This document shows positions 25,320-32,123 of a DNA stretch of 32,123 nt, piece by piece. Source of the DNA: a virus (taxonomy: Duplodnaviria; Caudoviricetes); IMG/VR virus record IMGVR_UViG_3300011334_000321, positions 1 through 32,123 of that record; one strand, written 5' to 3'. Made by a program: the position numbers and the translations under genes. Within the stretch, counting starts at the first letter, position 1, and each line of letters starts with the position of its first letter. Under the pieces are notes generated by a model, which searched no databases, was not told the origin of the DNA, and saw nothing but the letters and a program-made list of their open reading frames with translations.

Positions 25320-27220
25320 CTATTCTTTGGCTTGACTATGAAACTTGCAGTCATTGTGATATTAAAAAGTCAGGGATGTATAATTATGCAATGGATTCTA
25401 GCACTAAGATTTTATGTTTATCATATGCGTTTGATAATGGTGAAGTAAGAACTTGGGTTCCTTGTTTACCTTTCCCCCAAGAAATTAAAGATCATTTTGC
25501 TAAAGGTCGCCAAATACGCGCGCATAATTCTGGTTTTGATAGGTTAATAACTGAATATGTTTTATGTAATGATTTTGATGTACCTAAACCTTTAGCTTCA
25601 TCTTGGTACTGCACCGCTACACAAGCGAGAGCTAATTGCTTGCCTGGAAGCCTTGAAGATATTGGACGGGCAATGTCGGCCAAGATGAAGAAAGATCATC
25701 GAGGTAAGCAGTTGATCCGTCAGTGTTGTGTTCCTCCTTATAATACTGCGCTATTGCCTGAACTGATCCATTATTGCGAGCAAGACGTTCGAGCAATGCG
25801 TGAAGTTAGTTTGGCATTACGTCAATTATCTGATGATGAATTGCTGGACTACCATGTCAATGAACGCATCAATGATAAAGGATTATTAGTCGATGTGCCG
25901 TTATGTCATGCCGCTATCGGTTATGCTACGACTGAACTTGAGGATATTCAAGCTTTAGTCAAAGACATTACAGGCATTGCTTCTGCACGTTCGCCTAAAT
26001 TAAAAGAATGGGTCGCAGAACGAATTGATCCTGAACTGATGATGGTGGACGAGAAGTTATCTTTAAATAAAGCTACTCGGGCGGCATTACTGCAAATGGA
26101 TTTACCCAATGAAGTGCTGGACGTTGTTCAATGTATTGACGACATCAGCGCGTCATCGGTGGCTAAGTTTAAACGCATGGCAGAGCTGGCAGATATTGAA
26201 GATGGGCGTGTTCGTGGCGCGTTTGTTTTTAATGGTGGTTCTGCTACAGGCCGTGCTAGTTCATATGGAGTCCAGTTGCAGAACATGGCTCGTTTGTGCG
26301 CTAAAGACCCTGAAGCGGTGCGATCAGCTATGATGGCAGGTGATGACCTTAGTCCGTTTGGAACGCGCGTCACAAACGTTTTAAAAGGCATGATTAGACC
26401 TGCTATTATCCCTGCTAAAGGTAATGTTTTAGTCGTGGCTGATTGGGCAGGTATTGAAGCAAGATGTAATCCGTGGTTATCTAATCATGTGGCATCTGAA
26501 GCAAAGCTGGACATCTTCCGATCCGGTGGCGATGTGTATGTTGAAAATGCCAAATCTACCTTTAACGTTAAAGAAGTCACCAAAGATCAACGTTTCATTG
26601 GTAAGGTGCAAGAGCTGGCGCTAGGATATTCGGGCGGTGCAGGCGCTTTTTCGTCAATGGCGCGTATCTATGGGCTTAACATGCCGGAGCATCAGATCAA
26701 ACGCATGATTAATGGTTGGCGTGTGGCGAATCCTTGGATGATGCCTTACGGCCAAGAGTTAGAACGGGCTTACATGAGTGCCATGCGTCACAAAGGTCAT
26801 GAGTTCTCAGCTGGGCGAGTGACTTATCTTTTTGATGGTAATCACCTCTGGTATATTTTACCATCAGGTCGTATACTCTGTTACCCATTTGCTCGGTTAG
26901 AAGATGGCGCTGTTACTTACCTTAAAGCAGCGTTCAAACCTGCCTCTGATGCTGAAGAATGGCCTCGCGCTAGATTATGGCAAGGTATTGCACAAGAAAA
27001 CTGCGCTCAAGCAACCGCTAATGATCTACTAAGATACTCGCTACGCCAATTAAATGGTGTGATTGGTTCTGTGCATGATGAAATTATCGTTGAATGTGCT
27101 ATTGATGACGCTGAAGAAGTTACAAAAAGAATGATGTCGGTAATGTGTACACCCCCAGTTTGGGCTGAGGGGATACCATTAGACATTGAAATAACAACAA
27201 TGTATCGATACGGAAAATAA
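25316..27220 (+). CDS. Phage DNA polymerase, family A, with 3'-5' exonuclease
   Basis: ExoI LDYET, ExoII AHNSGFD, ExoIII YCEQDV; TGRASS; motif A ADWAGIEAR, B RFIGKVQELALGY, C VHDEI; ATGA overlap with HNH. Confidence 0.96.
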   Translation: MTILWLDYETCSHCDIKKSGMYNYAMDSSTKILCLSYAFDNGEVRTWVPCLPFPQEIKDHFAKGRQIRAHNSGFDRLITEYVLCNDFDVPKPLASSWYCTATQARANCLPGSLEDIGRAMSAKMKKDHRGKQLIRQCCVPPYNTALLPELIHYCEQDVRAMREVSLALRQLSDDELLDYHVNERINDKGLLVDVPLCHAAIGYATTELEDIQALVKDITGIASARSPKLKEWVAERIDPELMMVDEKLSLNKATRAALLQMDLPNEVLDVVQCIDDISASSVAKFKRMAELADIEDGRVRGAFVFNGGSATGRASSYGVQLQNMARLCAKDPEAVRSAMMAGDDLSPFGTRVTNVLKGMIRPAIIPAKGNVLVVADWAGIEARCNPWLSNHVASEAKLDIFRSGGDVYVENAKSTFNVKEVTKDQRFIGKVQELALGYSGGAGAFSSMARIYGLNMPEHQIKRMINGWRVANPWMMPYGQELERAYMSAMRHKGHEFSAGRVTYLFDGNHLWYILPSGRILCYPFARLEDGAVTYLKAAFKPASDAEEWPRARLWQGIAQENCAQATANDLLRYSLRQLNGVIGSVHDEIIVECAIDDAEEVTKRMMSVMCTPPVWAEGIPLDIEITTMYRYGK

Positions 27221-27221
27221 T

Positions 27222-29516
27222 ATGAAATTTACAGATTACCTGATTAGTATAGCACCTGAGGGCGAGTCTGTCCTCTTTGTAAAACAAATTCCTAAACCTG
27301 ACCTATTCCATAAAGATGGCGCACAACAATGCGCTTGGCCAGCTTATCTCCCGACTAAGTATGATAAAAAAGGTGCTTGGTACTGTAACACGGCATCTTT
27401 TATTATTAGTCGTTTTAAAGATGGCAAACCAAGCGCGTCTGCAACTAACTGTGAGTTAGTGGCGTTCTTGGTGTTAGATGATGTTGGTACGAAGTCTAAA
27501 ACACCTGATCTTGCACCTACGTGGATCATGGAAACGTCGCCTAATAACTTCCAATACGGCTACACGTTCAGCCTTGACGATCAACCAACTAAAGGAGATT
27601 TCAGTGCAGCTATTAAAGCGATTGCTGATGCAGGTTATACAGATGGGGGTGCTATTAATCCCGTTCGTAATTTCAGGCTTCCTGATTCTGTCAATCTTAA
27701 GCCTGACCGCAACAATTTTAAATCTAAGCTAGTGTCGTTTGATCCTGATTTAGAATTTACTTTGCCGCAGATATGTAAAGCGTTGGGTGTTACACCTTGT
27801 GAAGCAGACACAGCAACCGTTAAGCGTATCGATTTAATTGATGATGGTAAAGATGACGTGTTGACATGGCTTGTTGAGCGTGGTGACGTGATCGAGGGTG
27901 CTAATGGTGAAGGCTGGGTTGGCGTGACTTGCATTAATGCAACAGCGCACTCAGACGGCAACCCTATGGCAAGGTATCAACCGTTGAACCGATCATACAT
28001 GTGCTTTCATGAGTCCTGCCAACATCTTGACAGTAGGACTTATCTTGAATGGGTACAGGCCGAAGGTGGCCCGAAGCATCATCACGGTTTGCGTGATGAA
28101 TTATTAGCGACAGTTATGAATGAAACATTAGCAAAACTTGAACCCTCCGACATGTTCAGCCATGATGCTGATGATATAGTTGCAGCAGTCGAGCGCAAAG
28201 AGCTTGGACGGTTAGAAAAAAAGGATTGGTTTAAACGGTTTGCTTACAATCAGGCGGACGAATCTTATTTTGATTTACAAGCAAGGCGTGAAGTAAGCCG
28301 TTCGACATTCAATGCTTTGTTTAGACATATCGAGTGTAAATCGATTCACAATGGGCGCAAGATTGAAGCATCGGTTTGCTTTGATGAGAATAGACATGCA
28401 TCAGGCGCGCATGCGCTTGTTGGAATTACCTATGCAGCAGGTGATTCCATGTTGACGACCCTTGATGGTGATCTATACGGCAATAGATGGCGAGATGCCA
28501 GACCGGACGTTAAGGGCAAAGCTGGGAACGTTACTGCGTGGCTAGACCATTGTAAGACCTTAGTGCCGAACCATGACGAGCTTGAGCATATTTTCAATGT
28601 GATGGCCTATAAAGTGCAGAACCCTAATGTTAAGATTAACCATGCGATTCTACATGGTGGCGATCAGGGATTGGGTAAAGATACTATGTATGCGCCATTC
28701 ATTTGGGCAGTCTGTGGAACGCATTTGAAAAATAGGGGCTATATCGATAATGACTCGATGGCTTCGCAGTTCGGTTATGCTTTGGAATGTGAGATCCTGA
28801 TCCTGAATGAGTTGAAAGAAACAGATGCACGCGAGCGTAGGGCATTAGCTAACAAACTAAAACCGATCATTGCAGCGCCTCCAGAAACGTTGTCTATCAA
28901 TCGTAAGGGGTTACACCCATATGACATGGTCAATCGATTGTTTGTATTAGCGTTTTCTAATGATCCAGTGCCAATTCAACTTGAGAGCCAAGACAGGCGA
29001 TGGTTCTGCGTTTGGTCACATGCACCTCGCATGAACTATGACGAGGCACAAAAAATGTGGACGTGGTTCAAAACTGGGGGCGGATATGAGGCAATCGCTA
29101 ATTGGTTATACGCGCGTGATGTGTCAAAGTTTAACCCGAGTGCTGCGCCCATGATGACTGAATTCAAGCTAAATCTGATAGAACAAGGCATGAGTAGTGC
29201 TGAGAGTTACCTTGTTGACTTAATGCGTTTGAGAGTGGGTGAATTCGCAAATGGCGTGATTGCATCACCGTTTCATGCGATATGCGACCGGATAGCTAAT
29301 AGCGCGCCAGGTAATATCAAGATACCTCAGCCAGCGTTCCTACATGCTCTTAAAGAGGCCGGCTGGATAGACAAGGGTCGATTATCATCGAGAGATTACA
29401 CAAGCGCCAAGCATATCTTTTGCGCCCCTGATCCTGATATTGAATCGTTAAGCAAATCTGAATTAAGGCGTATGGTTGAACCCGACGCAATCAAAAAATT
29501 ATCATTAGTGAAGTAA
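27222..29516 (+). CDS. Primase-helicase (RepB'/AEP-like primase, Zn-binding region, SF3/DUF5906 helicase)
   Basis: LVLDDVG, ETSPNNFQ, RNFRLP; C....HS...CFH..C.H; Walker A GGDQGLGKD, Walker B ILILNE, motif C LAFSN. Confidence 0.88.
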   Translation: MKFTDYLISIAPEGESVLFVKQIPKPDLFHKDGAQQCAWPAYLPTKYDKKGAWYCNTASFIISRFKDGKPSASATNCELVAFLVLDDVGTKSKTPDLAPTWIMETSPNNFQYGYTFSLDDQPTKGDFSAAIKAIADAGYTDGGAINPVRNFRLPDSVNLKPDRNNFKSKLVSFDPDLEFTLPQICKALGVTPCEADTATVKRIDLIDDGKDDVLTWLVERGDVIEGANGEGWVGVTCINATAHSDGNPMARYQPLNRSYMCFHESCQHLDSRTYLEWVQAEGGPKHHHGLRDELLATVMNETLAKLEPSDMFSHDADDIVAAVERKELGRLEKKDWFKRFAYNQADESYFDLQARREVSRSTFNALFRHIECKSIHNGRKIEASVCFDENRHASGAHALVGITYAAGDSMLTTLDGDLYGNRWRDARPDVKGKAGNVTAWLDHCKTLVPNHDELEHIFNVMAYKVQNPNVKINHAILHGGDQGLGKDTMYAPFIWAVCGTHLKNRGYIDNDSMASQFGYALECEILILNELKETDARERRALANKLKPIIAAPPETLSINRKGLHPYDMVNRLFVLAFSNDPVPIQLESQDRRWFCVWSHAPRMNYDEAQKMWTWFKTGGGYEAIANWLYARDVSKFNPSAAPMMTEFKLNLIEQGMSSAESYLVDLMRLRVGEFANGVIASPFHAICDRIANSAPGNIKIPQPAFLHALKEAGWIDKGRLSSRDYTSAKHIFCAPDPDIESLSKSELRRMVEPDAIKKLSLVK

Positions 29517-29520
29517 GTTG

Positions 29521-29622
29521 TTGACCGGCCATGACGGGTTGACCGGCCATGACGGGTTGACCGGTCATGACGGGTTGACCGGCCATGACGGGTTGACCGG
29601 TCATGACGGGTTGACCGGTCAT
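29521..29622. repeat. Tandem 18-bp repeat TTGACCGG(C/T)CATGACGGG, 5 full copies plus 12 bp
   Basis: Read directly; begins 4 bp after the primase stop codon. Confidence 0.97.
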
Positions 29623-29633
29623 TTTATTTAACT

Positions 29634-29750
<117 letters not shown>

Positions 29751-29850
29751 AATACAAGCGATTTAAGGCTGGATATTTATTAAGGCATACTTTGGCATAG
29801 GTAAATTAATATCACGCCTTAAAACGTAAATTTATAAAACGATAGACAAT

Positions 29851-29880
29851 AAAAAAGGGCCGGTTAAGGCCCTTTTTTTT
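29851..29880. terminator. Bidirectional intrinsic terminator between convergent operons
   Basis: AAAAAA-GGGCC-GGTTAA-GGCCC-TTTTTTTT. Confidence 0.85.
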
Positions 29881-29937
29881 ATTCTGATAGAGTTAAGACT
29901 ATTAACTCTATTAATACCACTGTAACAAGCGCGACTA

Positions 29938-30144
29938 TCATTTGACGGCCTCGCTTACTCTATTTGTTGGCAATTCTACTAATTCATAGATTCTGGAATT
30001 GTTAGCGCCTTCTTTGTCGATGATTATAAAATCACCGGACCTTGTTTTGTGTATTTTATATGTTGGCGTGCTATCTACTAAACATAACGCGCCAATAAAA
30101 ATTATTAAAAGCGCTGCAGCTGCAATATAGTTTAAATATTTCAT
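29938..30144 (-). CDS. Small membrane-anchored hypothetical protein
   Basis: N-terminal hydrophobic helix; AAGGT RBS. Confidence 0.65.
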   Translation of the reverse strand: MKYLNYIAAAALLIIFIGALCLVDSTPTYKIHKTRSGDFIIIDKEGANNSRIYELVELPTNRVSEAVK

Positions 30145-30164
30145 TTTAATTTACCTTTTAATGT

Positions 30165-30419
30165 TTATATGCCGAATATGTAGGTTATTTTCGATTGACT
30201 GCACGCGTTAGCTAGTCTAGCAACGCAATCATTAATAGTAGCAAAATCGCCAAAGTTTTTTTGATACCACACTAAAAAATTTAATATTTTGGTGGCGTGT
30301 TTTTTATTACTAAAGTTAGCTATACAATATTTTGGATTTTCTATTGTTCCATTGCCAGCCCACATTACACAATATTTATATTTATTTGATCCGATATTAT
30401 TTTCAAGTATTAATTTCAT
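30165..30419 (-). CDS. Hypothetical protein
   Basis: 84 aa; AGGA RBS; co-oriented with early genes. Confidence 0.6.
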   Translation of the reverse strand: MKLILENNIGSNKYKYCVMWAGNGTIENPKYCIANFSNKKHATKILNFLVWYQKNFGDFATINDCVARLANACSQSKITYIFGI

Positions 30420-30440
30420 TTTATTTTATCCTAGATTAAT

Positions 30441-30465
30441 AAAAGGCCGCGTATTAAGCGGCCTT
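30441..30465 (-). terminator. Hairpin/terminator within early operon
   Basis: AAGGCCGC-GTATTAA-GCGGCCTT, followed on the - strand by TTTT. Confidence 0.55.
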
Positions 30466-30471
30466 GATTGG

Positions 30472-30588
30472 TTAATGTGTAAATTCGACTATTGAATCAT
30501 GTTCAAGTGCAAAACGTGTTGCAGTGTCTAAATAATCAAATAGCATGTAATGTATTGTTTCGTTATATACAAAATAGACTTTATACAT
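30472..30588 (-). CDS. Small hypothetical protein (38 aa; absent from ORF track)
   Basis: MYKVYFVYNETIHYMLFDYLDTATRFALEHDSIVEFTH fills the gap between clamp-like gene and hairpin. Confidence 0.45.
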   Translation of the reverse strand: MYKVYFVYNETIHYMLFDYLDTATRFALEHDSIVEFTH

Positions 30589-30592
30589 TCTC

Positions 30593-31153
30593 TTAATTCC
30601 TGCAGGGCATAATTACATAAATAATGTCATTATCTAATGATGGCATAAAATAACCACATTCAGCGCAGCTATAAAGTCTTTTTGGTGTTGAATTACCGTA
30701 ATACTTACAAATAGCATCATTAGCCAGTGCTACGTATGACCAATCAAATTGATGCAAGATTTTATTTAAATTCTCGTCATGATTGTTTGCTTTTACGGGC
30801 GTTAGTATTTTATCAAAAGCTGGAAATTTGCCATCAATTGGCGTAAACACTTCGGTTTCATTCATGCAAGTTAATTCATAACGATTATTTATTAAAAATA
30901 TTCCAACTTCTTTATTTTCATGTTTTGTTCCAAGTTTTTTAAGCATTGCTTTAATAGTTTCTACTGGAACGATTAAATAGTGATTGTCATTAGTGTCTGG
31001 TATATCGTTTTGATAAGTGTTGATATGGCATAAAATATGGCCATTTGATGCGCTTACTGTATCTTTTGTAATCTTTACGCCGTTTAAGTAATATCTAATA
31101 TCAGTTTTTTTAGGTGTTGCAGTAATTGCTAGTCTTAGGTCTTGAATTTTCAT
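30593..31153 (-). CDS. Truncated DNA polymerase III beta-clamp (DnaN)-like protein
   Basis: DIRYYLNGV, ASNGHIL, IDGKFP and terminal YVIMPCR parallel DnaN RYYLNG, ATDGHRL, DGRFP, YVVMPMR. Confidence 0.75.
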   Translation of the reverse strand: MKIQDLRLAITATPKKTDIRYYLNGVKITKDTVSASNGHILCHINTYQNDIPDTNDNHYLIVPVETIKAMLKKLGTKHENKEVGIFLINNRYELTCMNETEVFTPIDGKFPAFDKILTPVKANNHDENLNKILHQFDWSYVALANDAICKYYGNSTPKRLYSCAECGYFMPSLDNDIIYVIMPCRN

Positions 31154-31191
31154 TTTGATATACTCTTATAGTTAGTTATAAAGTTAAGTTA

Positions 31192-31560
31192 TTAATTTTG
31201 GTCTATATAACGAGCGCACTCCTCAAGTGCAAACCACGCTAGACCATTAAAAACTGTTTTTCTGTCTTCACTATTTGCATTAGTTAAGCCGTCAAATAAT
31301 TCATAATCACTCATGCTATTAAAGCAATTAAAACCTTTTAACAATTCCAAAGCATTAATTCCCATATCATCGGCATAATTATTTAATAATTCAATAATTA
31401 ATGCGTGATTACGTTTAGTAAATGCAACTGTATCGGTATAATAAATAAAGCCATTAAAACCGCCATCCGCGCCATAATTGCATATATCGCTAGCATGTTC
31501 TTTTAGTGTAGCCATTCCGCCAATTTGCTTTGCTACTGCATTAATTAATTTTTTGTTCAT
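31192..31560 (-). CDS. Early hypothetical protein
   Basis: 122 aa; DICNYGADGGFNGFIYYTDT...NGLAWFALEE motif seen in phage early genes. Confidence 0.75.
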   Translation of the reverse strand: MNKKLINAVAKQIGGMATLKEHASDICNYGADGGFNGFIYYTDTVAFTKRNHALIIELLNNYADDMGINALELLKGFNCFNSMSDYELFDGLTNANSEDRKTVFNGLAWFALEECARYIDQN

Positions 31561-31584
31561 AATAATTCTCTTTTAGTTATAGGG

Positions 31585-31674
31585 TTAAGATAAGGCAACA
31601 AGTAGCATACATATTAAGCGAATACCGCTAATAAATAGTAATGTACAAATTCCAGCTAATACGTAAATTTTCAT
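31585..31674 (-). CDS. Small hydrophobic peptide (29 aa; absent from ORF track)
   Basis: MKIYVLAGICTLLFISGIRLICMLLVALS with GAGGA RBS, first ORF after the promoter. Confidence 0.45.
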   Translation of the reverse strand: MKIYVLAGICTLLFISGIRLICMLLVALS

Positions 31675-31716
31675 CGTAAAGTCCTCGGTTGGTTGGTTGA
31701 TTTTAAAATATGATTC

Positions 31717-31758
31717 ATTATTCCATGTTTTTCAGCTAGTGTAAAGTAATCTTTTACA
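31717..31758 (-). promoter_or_regulatory. Early leftward promoter with overlapping dyad
   Basis: On - strand TTTACA-17-AATAAT with TG extension; -35 is one arm of TGTAAA-N7-TTTACA (31740-31758). Confidence 0.6.
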
Positions 31759-31768
31759 TTTATTGACG

Positions 31769-32122
31769 TGTTAGTAATGTTGGTTAATTGTTAGCTATAA
31801 AATTCGACATGATTGCATACATTCGAGCTTAGGAATGGCGGGGCTTTAAGCTATTTGTTTATAATGTTAGTTATAATATTATATTAATAAGAAAATAATA
31901 ATAATAATAATAACCATAATAATAGTAAGGAAAATAATTATACGGAATGTCGACCGCTACCAATTTTTTTTGCATGAATACATTGCTAACATTGCTAACA
32001 TTTTATAAAACTGCTTAATTGTTAGTAATGTTAGCTAATGTTTTTTAATAGCTAACATTGCTAACATATAAAGGCCGTCATCAAGGCGATTGTAATCACT
32101 CAATTATTATTGATAGCTAACA
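31769..32122. repeat. Cluster of TGTTAG/CTAACA motifs around an AT-rich tract
   Basis: TGTTAG at 31769, 31789, 31865, 32020, 32029; CTAACA at 31986, 31995, 32052, 32061, 32117. Confidence 0.85.
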
Positions 32123-32123
32123 T

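Noticed and set aside
1307-27961. Antisense and alternate-frame ORFs in the track (e.g. 1307-1645, 2570-2764, 8045-8299, 20381-20758, 26128-26391, 27635-27961)
   Set aside because: Overlap well-supported genes, lack recognisable motifs and RBS
29521-29622. Possible CRISPR mini-array (a Cas4-like gene is present)
   Set aside because: Repeats are head-to-tail with no spacers; the Cas4-like gene is a usual phage replication nuclease

Overview
The whole window is a ~32 kb portion of a tailed dsDNA phage genome with short-tail (podovirus-type) architecture; no host genes, integrase, terminase, tRNA, CRISPR array or reverse transcriptase are visible. Layout: (1) 1-17503, + strand late operon: portal C-terminus, scaffold, major capsid, decoration, head-tail adaptor, an inserted HNH nuclease, P22 gp10-like tail protein, GNAT-like protein, ejection proteins, a split tail-fibre cluster, two membrane proteins (holin candidates) and a GH24 endolysin. 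(2) 17460-22767, - strand operon: VRR-NUC nuclease, many small accessory genes (three sharing an MS(K/I)EREL start) and an SNF2-like helicase. (3) 22881-29516, + strand replication operon: Cas4-like/DUF2800 nuclease, putative SSB, NUMOD4-HNH, family A DNA polymerase, primase-SF3 helicase. (4) 29517-29911: non-coding block of 18-bp palindromic repeats, (GCAGGA)19, hairpins and a bidirectional terminator. (5) 29938-31674, - strand AT-rich early genes including a half-size beta-clamp homologue, then a non-coding end with ten TGTTAG/CTAACA motifs. The most notable unexplained elements are a ~105-nt leader with a predicted kissing-loop/three-way-junction fold ahead of HNH-polymerase, the repeat block after the primase, the junction-repeat gene array, and the mini-clamp. 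Product calls come from recognising motifs and synteny by eye; no database searches were run.
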